This document shows, in pieces, positions 1 to 8,406 of a stretch of 17,933 nt of DNA. The translations under genes and the position numbers were made by a program. This DNA comes from Candidatus Heimdallarchaeota archaeon (GTDB lineage Archaea; Asgardarchaeota; Heimdallarchaeia; Heimdallarchaeales; Heimdallarchaeaceae). The number at the start of each line of letters is the position of its first letter. Positions within the stretch are counted from its first letter, which is position 1. The notes beneath the pieces were generated by a model. It worked only from the letters and a program-made list of their open reading frames with translations. It had not been told where the DNA came from and ran no database searches. The DNA is taken from assembly GCA_019057815.1 (NCBI GenBank), contig JAHLWR010000036.1, forward strand, positions 1 through 17,933, read 5' to 3'.

Positions 1-1040
1 GTGTTGTTGGCAACAGTAGAACTATCAGAAGAGTAAAGATAGATGCCATAGTTGTTGTTGCTGCAAGTGTTGTTGGCAACAGTAGAACTATCAGAAGAGT
101 AAAGATAGATACCCCAGAAGTTATTACTGCAAGTGTTGTTAATAATAACTGAAGATGTACAGAATTTAAGAATTAGACCGGTTGTAGCGTTATTTAATAT
201 TTGGTCACGTACTGTAACATTAGTACAATTGACTAATATTAATTGACCATAGACTGGTTCATCAATTATCGTAGAGTCAAGATTAGTGTAAAAACCTAGT
301 TTTTTCCCATTCACCCAATTATTCTCGACAGTATAAGAGAGAGAAGCATCAATGGAATAAGAAGGAAAGAAGGAATCTTCTCTTATTAATAATCCACAAT
401 TAGTAAAAGTGTTGTTAATGACTGTAGAACTATCAGAAGAGTAAAGCCTGATGCCATAGTTATTGTTGCTGCAAGTGTTGTTGGCAACAGTTGAACCACC
501 AGAAAAGGAAAGCTCGATGCCATAGTTATTGTTGCTGCAAGTGTTGTTGGTAACAGTAGAACTAAGTGAAAACCACTTAAGATAGATACCGCTGTGGCCA
601 TTGTTGTTGCACGTGTTGTTGGCAACAGTCGAATTACCAGACTGCTCAAGATAGATACCATTATCTTCATTGTTGTTGCACGTGTTGTTGATGAAAGTTG
701 CTGTTCCATCAGCTACATCATAGATATGAATGCCATAAGTACCAGCATCTACATAACAGTTACGAACAATGAAATATTTCGTTGTGCTACTAATATAAAT
801 ACCATTGGCACCAGTTGTTGTAATATTATATCCCTCAATAAGATAAGGATCTTCAGCTGTTCCAGTTCCTGGAAAAACTTCGAAATCGCTATCAGAAGTA
901 ATAGAAATAGGACCATGCGGTGTCAACTCTAGTGAAGTAGGTTCATAATCATTCTCTTCTACAGCACTTTGTACATTGACATTCGATGCGTAGATTACCA
1001 ATGTCAGTATTAGTAGAATTATTATTATCTTCTTTCTCAT
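1..1040 (-). CDS. Secreted/surface right-handed parallel beta-helix (NosD/PbH1-repeat) protein, 3' end outside the window
   Basis: Missing from the ORF track because it runs off the edge. Manual translation from ATG 1040 gives MRKKIIIILLILTLVIYASNV (signal peptide-like), then HGPISITSDSDF..GTGTAEDPYLIEGYNI, then 22-23 aa repeats such as NNTCSNNNYGIYLYSSDSSTVA. GTGAT Shine-Dalgarno-like motif upstream. Confidence 0.9.
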   Translation of the reverse strand, partial: MRKKIIIILLILTLVIYASNVNVQSAVEENDYEPTSLELTPHGPISITSDSDFEVFPGTGTAEDPYLIEGYNITTTGANGIYISSTTKYFIVRNCYVDAGTYGIHIYDVADGTATFINNTCNNNEDNGIYLEQSGNSTVANNTCNNNGHSGIYLKWFSLSSTVTNNTCSNNNYGIELSFSGGSTVANNTCSNNNYGIRLYSSDSSTVINNTFTNCGLLIREDSFFPSYSIDASLSYTVENNWVNGKKLGFYTNLDSTIIDEPVYGQLILVNCTNVTVRDQILNNATTGLILKFCTSSVIINNTCSNNFWGIYLYSSDSSTVANNTCSNNNYGIYLYSSDSSTVANN

Positions 1041-1229
1041 TAAATCACACTTACTTAAACTCTTTATCGATTATATGTTTTGTGCAACCAATTCTTCTGT
1101 TAAGATTCCTAACTAGAATCTCTTTCGAGCTTATATACCAATTTGAGAATAATAGGTCAAACCCATCCGTTCTAATATCTTCCTATCTTCAATAAATCTA
1201 AAAAAGAATTACTCACGGGCTTCCCAATC

Positions 1230-1325
1230 CTTTTTCTTTCTTATTGAAAGATAGGTCTTCTCGGGGTTCCTGTATTCCTTAGGGGTTTTTTTATTTCACT
1301 CAATTTTTGAATCCTTTAGAAAAGG
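1230..1325. repeat. Dispersed intergenic repeat, copy A
   Basis: tcttctcggggttcctgtattccttagggg is identical to copy C. ctttttctttctt..gaaagatagg is shared with copy B. Confidence 0.8.
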
Positions 1326-1407
1326 AATTTAAAGAACGAATCTGGAAGTTTCTAAAAAGAAGTAATTATAATTAGATAAAATAATCGAAAAGCGTGAGGG
1401 AATAAAA

Positions 1408-2571
1408 ATGAATAAGAGTTCTATAACAGGAAAAACATTTGATGGGAAAAAATTCGAATTAATAATAGATGATTGGCTTAATTTAAAAGAAATTTCTCTT
1501 CAAGAACATAAACTATCTGAGATAGATTTAAGCAACTTGCCATTTGCTTTAAATTTAAAAATCATAAATTTTTCAGATAATCAAATATCCGAATTAGACA
1601 CAATTTCATTGCAATATTGTAGAAATCTTGTTTCATTAGATTTGTCAAATAATTGCCTTAGAAAGATAGATTTAAGTCCATCTGCAAATGATCAAGCTAC
1701 TCTAATTTTTCTGGAAAAAATAAACCTATCAAATAACATAATATCTGAAATAAATATGAATTTTCTGAAGAATTGTATATATTTAAAATCATTTAATCTT
1801 AAAAATAATAATTTAGAAGGTTTGGATATAAGTCTTCTAATGCATTGTAAGGGGTTAGAAGTATTTCAAATAGATAAAAAAACAAAAATTGAATGGAGAA
1901 ACACAAATTTAGATATTGCATCTCTTCCTAAAGGTTTGAAAAAATACACGAAAGATATTGAGGATGCCTGGCAGAAGTTTCAGAAGGAAGTTGATACATT
2001 TAGAAAAACAGAACCTAGAATTGAAGACAGATTAATTAGAACAAACTGGCTAGAACGAATTGCTAAAGAAAACGATTTTGAAATGAAAGAATTGAGATAT
2101 TTCTATAGAGTACTCTATAGAGAAGTAAAGAATTGTTATATATACTATTGTTTTAGAGGAGTAGTAAGTATTGTAGCTTCATTAATGGAATATTTCTTAA
2201 CAAATGAAATTCCTTTTGAATATATAAAAGAACACAATAGATTTTGGAGAAAAAAACATTTTGATTCAAAATTGATTAATCTCTCTGGTTTAATGAATAT
2301 TGCAGTGAAAAAGAAATTAATGTCACCACAATTAAGAGAAAAAATTATTGAATGGTCTGCTATTAGACATAGTGTTACACATTATCCTGATGCAACTTTT
2401 TCTGGTATGTTAGGTATGAAACGTAAAACAATAAGAGGAAGAGGAACCAAATCAAGGGGAGCAAGTTTTGAAAGTCCGGGAAGAAAACCAATGAGATCTA
2501 CAAATATTCAAGAAGGTGCAGAAAGAGGAATTATTTTGTTTATGAATTTAGTCCAAGAATTTAAGAAATAA
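1408..2571 (+). CDS. Leucine-rich repeat protein with C-terminal HEPN-like domain
   Basis: N-terminal LxxLxLxxNxLxxIDL repeats. C-terminal helical domain with ASLMEYFL and IRHSVTH (R-x4-H). GTGAGGG Shine-Dalgarno-like motif upstream. Confidence 0.75.
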   Translation: MNKSSITGKTFDGKKFELIIDDWLNLKEISLQEHKLSEIDLSNLPFALNLKIINFSDNQISELDTISLQYCRNLVSLDLSNNCLRKIDLSPSANDQATLIFLEKINLSNNIISEINMNFLKNCIYLKSFNLKNNNLEGLDISLLMHCKGLEVFQIDKKTKIEWRNTNLDIASLPKGLKKYTKDIEDAWQKFQKEVDTFRKTEPRIEDRLIRTNWLERIAKENDFEMKELRYFYRVLYREVKNCYIYYCFRGVVSIVASLMEYFLTNEIPFEYIKEHNRFWRKKHFDSKLINLSGLMNIAVKKKLMSPQLREKIIEWSAIRHSVTHYPDATFSGMLGMKRKTIRGRGTKSRGASFESPGRKPMRSTNIQEGAERGIILFMNLVQEFKK

Positions 2572-2637
2572 CAAAACTAGCAAATTCAAAGTTTCATGAA
2601 TCCCCCAAACCATCGCGGGGTCTGTAAAAGCCTTGTG

Positions 2638-2706
2638 CTTTTTCTTTCTTGCTGGAAGATAGGTTTTCTCGGGGCTCTTGTATTCTTCTGGAAGTGCTTT
2701 TTGTTT
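2638..2706. repeat. Dispersed intergenic repeat, copy B (diverged)
   Basis: ctttttctttcttgctggaagataggttttctcggggctcttgtattc aligns with 1230-1278. Confidence 0.7.
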
Positions 2707-2832
2707 ATCTTACATAGTTGATTCACAAACCTCTCCTTCTTCTGAGCAATTTGTTATGAGATATGAGAGAAAACTATTTTAAACCTCAATAACTACCTTA
2801 TCGAGTTACTAATATGTAACAAGTGATTATTT

Positions 2833-3303
2833 ATGTCATTCTATAGACTTAATGGTATAAAATTTGACGACTTAGGTAAAGAACTACAGAGATTTTTTGT
2901 TAGTAATAACATTAAAACACCTATAGTTAGCAAAGGTATGATTACCTTCGAAAAAGGCAGTCTTTGGGCTGTAACATCAAAAAACTTCCTTGTTAAAGGG
3001 AAACTTCGGATTCAGTATGATAATCAAGATATTTCATGTAATTTTATGCTAGACCGAACAAAGATCTGGTTAGTTAATGCTATTATAACATTGGTAAGCG
3101 CAGCGCTAATAATAGTTTTGAGTGTGGTATCATTTTACCAAGCATTAGATCTACGGATTTACGAATCATTTTGGATTTCTATGGTGGTTATTTTCGTGTT
3201 AGCAATTTCAATTCCACTAATTTTTACAGACCTCTACCTTGTAAACGCGGCAGAGAAGAAATTCATAGAAAGTTTCGAAATGTGGTTTGGAGATTACCTC
3301 TAG
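2833..3303 (+). CDS. Hypothetical membrane protein (two C-terminal TM helices)
   Basis: 156 aa ORF with hydrophobic segments IWLVNAIITLVSAALIIVLSVV and FWISMVVIFVLAISIPLIF. GTGAT motif before the ATG. Confidence 0.75.
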   Translation: MSFYRLNGIKFDDLGKELQRFFVSNNIKTPIVSKGMITFEKGSLWAVTSKNFLVKGKLRIQYDNQDISCNFMLDRTKIWLVNAIITLVSAALIIVLSVVSFYQALDLRIYESFWISMVVIFVLAISIPLIFTDLYLVNAAEKKFIESFEMWFGDYL

Positions 3304-3332
3304 AATTATTTTTCAAATCCGCAAAATTCTTG

Positions 3333-3440
3333 TCTTCTCGGGGTTCCTGTATTCCTTAGGGGGTTTTTTGTTTCACCCATTTTTTTAATACTTTAGAAAA
3401 AAGCAGTGTTTGATAGCTTCATGGTAAACCTTCCTATCAG
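3333..3440. repeat. Dispersed intergenic repeat, copy C
   Basis: Core identical to copy A. It continues with ctttagaaaaaagcagtgtttgatagct, which matches the spacers of the 210-bp array. Confidence 0.8.
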
Positions 3441-3884
3441 CATATTCTTCCCCAATATTATTCTCAGTTAAACCAACAAATTCCTTATCACGACTTTTAT
3501 CAATAAAAACTAATTCTTCTTGGAACAGATTGCTTTTGAAAAATAATTTCAATCAAGTAAATTTACTTTACAACTCTCAAGGATGAAGAATTTGACTTTT
3601 TTCTTGAACGCGCACAGAAGAAGCAAAATATCTTGCCACACCAACATATATTTACGTGGTAAGATTTTCCTTCACTTTTTTTGCGCTGTTCTTTAATCTT
3701 TAGCTATAATTAAAAACCAGTCTTGAGTTTAATTTCTTGCTCAACTTCCTCACTCATTAATTTCAATTGTTAAACGTTTGAAAGTTTACTAAGTTTTTTT
3801 TGTACTCTAAAACATGTTAAAAATGGGAACATCATGTTTATAAGCGTTTAAGGATGGAAAATCTACTGAAGTTGAATGTGACCT

Positions 3885-5348
3885 ATGCATGATTACAATT
3901 ATCCTATTCAGCGAGAGATTGTTTTTGTAATTCTTGGTTCAGCTTTAATCATTATAGCAGGATTCTTGAATGTTTATAATCAATTTTTTCAAAGTTGGTT
4001 TTTTTACTGGGAGTACACCGCATATATCTTATTCTTACTTGTTGCTATCGCTCTTATTTTCATTGCTATAGGAATTAGAAATATCACTGAAATCTATTTC
4101 ATCGATCATATTACAAAAACAGGTAAGCAAACAGCTATTTGGTTTTATATCTATTCAGGTTCAATATTGTTAAATATGGCTGTCTTTGGTTGGCCTGGTG
4201 TATCTGGTTTTGTAGGATTAACTATCGTTTTAGGTAGAATTATGGGCTTTTGGAAGATGAACAAAACACTTGAGAAAATTAAACGAATATTTGATCTAAG
4301 AGTTGGAAGTTCTTTCTATCCAATATTTGGTTTTTATTCGGTCATAATAGCCTTTCTGGGAGGAGTAGCTAGTTATGCTGATGATGAAGTTTTTCAGATT
4401 TTTCTTTTTACGTTTAATGGTACAATAGAATCATTGCTTCTGTTAATTGTGGGTTTAAAGCTTATCATCGATTTTAGAAGAATAAGTACTTTCATTCTAG
4501 AAAAAGATATCAAACCTTACACAAGAAAAAACCATCCGCAAAAAAAAGCTATGATTTCAAAATTACAGCAGAAAACGCAGTTAAAAGAAACAGTTACACG
4601 AATTTCAGAACTTCAAGATGATAAGAAGGAAAAAGTTTCAGTGGATACCCCTATAGAAGAAAAAATGGAGTATATTACGTGTCCTCTTTGTGGAGAACTA
4701 ACTTTAGCTCTACTTAATACTTGTATAAATTGCAGAGAAACTATTTCTAAAGAAAAAAGAAAGATCTTCAGAAGGGAGAAATTAATTCAACGATTAACAA
4801 TTGCAGGAACTTTTGTCTTTTTTATCATTTACGCTTTTATATATGGCAATTATTTAATCAAGATATTAGCTGGTATTTTAACGATCGTTCTCATTATTCT
4901 TGTATCCTTACGCTATTTTCTAAATTTTCTAGCTAATAAAGGATCTGAGTTTGCTTATGGTTTTAACGAGATTCTCTACCTCTTTGTAGGTGTTCCAGTT
5001 ATGTTTGTATCTGCTACTTATCTCCCAATTGCTTTTTTCTTCTCTTTTTTAAAACCTGATAAAGAATGGGTATTAATTGTCTTATACGTTATGCTAGCAA
5101 TATTTGAAATCTTGTCGATTTATTACTTATTGAGAAAATACTTACGTGATAAAAAGATGACCTTTTTCCAATATCTAAAGTACATGTTTGATTTTAAGAA
5201 ACGAGCGGAAGAAGCGCGACTATTTAGGGAAAAAGCTGAACAAATGAATACTTTCTATGACAATATCTATAAAGTTAAAGATAAAGCTGCAAAGCGTATG
5301 AAAGAACGTTCAAAGGGATTTAAAGAATTTGATTGGAAATCTAGATAA
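3885..5348 (+). CDS. Polytopic membrane protein with central zinc ribbon
   Basis: 487 aa. About 5-6 N-terminal TM segments, a charged linker, CPLCG-x9-CINC, about 4 further TM segments and a charged C-tail. Confidence 0.8.
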   Translation: MHDYNYPIQREIVFVILGSALIIIAGFLNVYNQFFQSWFFYWEYTAYILFLLVAIALIFIAIGIRNITEIYFIDHITKTGKQTAIWFYIYSGSILLNMAVFGWPGVSGFVGLTIVLGRIMGFWKMNKTLEKIKRIFDLRVGSSFYPIFGFYSVIIAFLGGVASYADDEVFQIFLFTFNGTIESLLLLIVGLKLIIDFRRISTFILEKDIKPYTRKNHPQKKAMISKLQQKTQLKETVTRISELQDDKKEKVSVDTPIEEKMEYITCPLCGELTLALLNTCINCRETISKEKRKIFRREKLIQRLTIAGTFVFFIIYAFIYGNYLIKILAGILTIVLIILVSLRYFLNFLANKGSEFAYGFNEILYLFVGVPVMFVSATYLPIAFFFSFLKPDKEWVLIVLYVMLAIFEILSIYYLLRKYLRDKKMTFFQYLKYMFDFKKRAEEARLFREKAEQMNTFYDNIYKVKDKAAKRMKERSKGFKEFDWKSR

Positions 5349-5553
5349 AAAATAATCAAATTAAATGAATAATTTTAATTTATCTTTGCAATAAGAGCAA
5401 AGTAAAGTAAGCTCAAATCTTTTAAGGAAAATCGAACGAATAATAATAGATAACCAAAAACTATTTCTTTTTCTTTATCATGTCAGTTGTTTTCTTGTGT
5501 ATTCTTTAACCTTTAGCTCATATTTAGAATAACAACCTCAAAAAGTGATTACA

Positions 5554-5610
5554 ATGTTTGACCCTGAAGATGGTGATGAAGATATCACACCTCCACTTTG
5601 GAGACCGTAA
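5554..5610 (+). CDS. Small acidic peptide 1 (MFDPEDGDEDITPPLWRP)
   Basis: ATG..TAA, 18 aa, AAGTGATT SD-like motif, paralogous to the two neighbouring ORFs. Confidence 0.75.
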   Translation: MFDPEDGDEDITPPLWRP

Positions 5611-5763
5611 GAAAGCAAGCTTTCTTCTCTTTTCTTTTCTTTTTTTGAATTCTTTAGAAAAAACATTGTTTGATAGCTAGATGACATCATTTGTCACTTA
5701 GTTTCTGTGCTGCTCTTTAATCTTCAGACCATATTTAGATTAACAAACTCAAAAGTGATTACA

Positions 5764-5820
5764 ATGTTTGACCCTGAAGATGGCGATGATGCGATTTTAC
5801 CTCCTGTTTGGCAACCTTAG
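5764..5820 (+). CDS. Small acidic peptide 2 (MFDPEDGDDAILPPVWQP)
   Basis: ATG..TAG, 18 aa, AAGTGATT SD-like motif, frame and stop position conserved with the other copies. Confidence 0.75.
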   Translation: MFDPEDGDDAILPPVWQP

Positions 5821-5961
5821 CCCTTGAGGAAGCGTTTTCTTTTTCTTTTTTATTTTTGAATTCTTTAGAATAAAACAGTGCTTAATAGCTTGATAACATT
5901 AACTGTCAGTTTTTTTCTTGTGTTCTTTAATATCTTCATTTCTATATAAAAGGTGATTATC

Positions 5962-6030
5962 ATGAGTAGAAAACTATTTGACCCTGAGGATGGAGACGAA
6001 GATATCACACCTCCGCTTTGGCAACCTTAG
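5962..6030 (+). CDS. Small acidic peptide 3 (MSRKLFDPEDGDEDITPPLWQP)
   Basis: ATG..TAG, 22 aa, strong AGGTGAT SD. Differs from copy 1 mostly at synonymous third positions. Confidence 0.8.
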   Translation: MSRKLFDPEDGDEDITPPLWQP

Positions 6031-6171
6031 CCTTTGAGGAAGCATTTTTCTTTTCTTTTTTTTGTAAAATCAATGTAAAATTAGATGTGTGCTAATATAA
6101 AAACTGCAATCTAACTGCAACGTGGTACGATAGCTATTTAAAAACAAAAACAATATTGTCAACTGAGTAAG

Positions 6172-7770
6172 GTGGTTTATTTGTCACTTGAAGACATGGA
6201 AAAACAGATAGAGGAGATAGAAAACAGTGAGGATCTTTGGTCAGCTGTTAAATTTTTACAATTATTTGCATCCAATGAAAGATCTCATGGTGTTGTAGAT
6301 CTAATTGATCAGACTACAGAGAAATGTAAACTTATAGATGACAAAAAAGCATTAGTAAACCTTTATGGGTTAAAAATACCTGTCATTTATAATTTCCAAG
6401 ATAAACTTCTAGTAGCTTCTCAACTAATCAATGAAATGCTAACTATTTCCGAAGAGATAAATTATCAAGAGGGTACAGCATGGGCTTATTCTTACATGTG
6501 GTATGTTGAAAAAATTAAAGGAAATAAAGAAGAAAGTGTTAAAGCTATGGATAAATCTCTTGAAATTTTGAACCAATTAACAGATTGTGATAAATATATC
6601 TATCATTTTGTGAAATATTCTTATGCTATAGAAAAATGGTTAGAAGAACATGATTCTAAAAGCATTCAAATATTTGAGGAGTGTTTAATTTATTTTTATC
6701 ACAACAAATTTCACAGAAGTTTAGCTCAAACACTTGGAATTTTAAGTGTCATTTATTTTAAAAAACTCGATAATAAAAAAGCTCTGGAAATTAGCATAAA
6801 AATACTCGCTAATAGATCTTTATTTGACAAAATGCCCTATGATGTCAAAGGAATCGTTTATTATTTCACTGGTTTAGCACATTTACTAAACTTAAACCTA
6901 TCTTTGGCTGAAACATCCTTTGCAGACTCATATGCCATTCTAAAAACAGTTAGCGAAAAAAACATTTATTTCAGCAATTTTATAATTTTACACTCCCATT
7001 CTTCTACTGTTAAAGCCTTGCAGGGTAAAATCGCCCAAGCCTTTGAAATGATTAATGAAGTAGATAAATTACTTAAAAAAGAATTTTATATTAAGAACCT
7101 TGATAAGAATACAAAAAGTCAGATTTTGCATACACTCAATTTAATCAAATTCTACGTATATTCACGCAAAATAGACTTTGACGTAGAGACATCCCAAGAT
7201 TTAATTGATGAAATAATCGAAGGTTGTAAGAACCATTATAGTAATTTCTTGTTGCTAACGGAATTCATCTTAAATGCTAATTTAGATGACCACACGTTGA
7301 AAGAACTATCGAATACAAATTATTTTAGTCTTAACAGAGTAAAGCACATAATCGAGTTCGTGATAGAAAAAACAACAACTGATGAAAATATCAGTGATGA
7401 ACAAAGACATCTGAATTGTATTGACATTTTAAATAATAGAATAAGAACTGACAAAACCACTTTTATTGAAGATACTTATGCAGATTTGCTTTTAGCTCAA
7501 GAATTACTTGATCTACAACTTTTTGACGAAATTTATCCCTTACTCAGAAAATATAAAGATCAACTTCACAAAATCGAAGTTTTGGAGATGAGAATCTTCA
7601 TGAAGGCCTTTATTCAAGTGGGAGAATTTAGAAATGGTGACACTCTTGCGCCAGCAGTTCAATACATGGCTATAAAGAAGTGTAGGAAGCATCGTTTCAC
7701 AAAATTGGAACAACTGCTTTTTCAGCATCAACAAACCATGAGAAATTGGGTTCTACCCTCTTATCTTTAA
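6172..7770 (+). CDS. Large all-helical TPR-like repeat protein
   Basis: 532 aa with TPR-like motifs GTAWAYSYMWYVEKIKGNKEESVKAMDKSLEI, LAQTLGILSVIYFKKLDNKKALEISIKIL and GIVYYFTGLAHLLNLNLSLAETSFADSYAI. Start could instead be TTG 6181, which follows AAGGTGG. Confidence 0.75.
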   Translation: MVYLSLEDMEKQIEEIENSEDLWSAVKFLQLFASNERSHGVVDLIDQTTEKCKLIDDKKALVNLYGLKIPVIYNFQDKLLVASQLINEMLTISEEINYQEGTAWAYSYMWYVEKIKGNKEESVKAMDKSLEILNQLTDCDKYIYHFVKYSYAIEKWLEEHDSKSIQIFEECLIYFYHNKFHRSLAQTLGILSVIYFKKLDNKKALEISIKILANRSLFDKMPYDVKGIVYYFTGLAHLLNLNLSLAETSFADSYAILKTVSEKNIYFSNFIILHSHSSTVKALQGKIAQAFEMINEVDKLLKKEFYIKNLDKNTKSQILHTLNLIKFYVYSRKIDFDVETSQDLIDEIIEGCKNHYSNFLLLTEFILNANLDDHTLKELSNTNYFSLNRVKHIIEFVIEKTTTDENISDEQRHLNCIDILNNRIRTDKTTFIEDTYADLLLAQELLDLQLFDEIYPLLRKYKDQLHKIEVLEMRIFMKAFIQVGEFRNGDTLAPAVQYMAIKKCRKHRFTKLEQLLFQHQQTMRNWVLPSYL

Positions 7771-7969
7771 TTTCCTTTATCGAATCTAACTATTAAAAGC
7801 AAAAACTTGTATGTTCAGTGTTTTGTTAAAGATCAAACTTTCTTGCTCTCATTTAAAGGTTTAATAAGCATTCTAGAACTTAAGATTATTTTGAATACTT
7901 CTTACTATACACTAGTATGTCTTATTTTTTCTGTTTACATTTAATATAGTTCTCTACAATTAATATTAG

Positions 7970-8281
7970 ATGTTCAACCAGAAATTAGACAAATATCTCG
8001 ATAAATGTATTGATGATTTAATAAGGTTAAAATTTATTTCCTATAACTGGAATGATTGTTACTGCTTAAAAGATCGTCTCCCTTATTCTATTTACACTAA
8101 ACTAAAAGCTTTCTTTGAATGGAATCAAGAGTTCCAAGATTATACAGTTTCACAACCAAAGGAATTGACCAAATCTTTGGTAGAGCTGGGTTTTTGGTCT
8201 TTAGATATGGAGCTTGAGAAGCGAAGAGAGTTATTTAAAATAGTGGATGAATGGAATAAAGAACTATTTAATGATAGTTAA
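7970..8281 (+). CDS. Hypothetical protein
   Basis: 103 aa ATG ORF filling the intergenic gap. No recognised motif. Confidence 0.6.
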   Translation: MFNQKLDKYLDKCIDDLIRLKFISYNWNDCYCLKDRLPYSIYTKLKAFFEWNQEFQDYTVSQPKELTKSLVELGFWSLDMELEKRRELFKIVDEWNKELFNDS

Positions 8282-8406
8282 TAAGTTCAATAAGCACCTA
8301 TTTTCACTGTATTTCTTCAGTTTCAACACTCAAATTAGTTTTTATAAAAAAATATAGTACATAGTTCATCCATAAACATAATAAATAACTATTTTTTATC
8401 TCTCTC

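Larger units (their letters stand above)
5480..6065 (+). repeat. Tandem array of three 210-bp units (promoter-like segment, SD, peptide ORF, T-rich terminator)
   Basis: Peptide stop codons end at 5610, 5820 and 6030. Shared tgtca...ctttaa and gtgatta upstream segments, and T-tracts downstream. Confidence 0.9.

Noticed and set aside
386-1195. ORF-track entries 386-709(-), 594-932(+) and 986-1195(+)
   Set aside because: Off-frame or antisense shadows of the real beta-helix gene at <1-1040(-).
3171-3359. 62-aa + strand ORF ending in CCT TAG like peptides 2 and 3
   Set aside because: It overlaps the 2833-3303 gene out of frame, has a TTG start and shows no peptide similarity beyond the last codon.
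5554-6030. Complete RiPP cluster, or decayed fragments of a DPEDGD-containing Ig-like domain
   Set aside because: No radical SAM, ATP-grasp, YcaO or peptidase gene is in the window. The conserved SD, start and stop argue against decayed domain fragments.
5480-6065. CRISPR array interpretation of the 210-bp repeats
   Set aside because: The period is far too long, the spacers are homologous to each other, divergence follows codon structure, and there are no cas genes.
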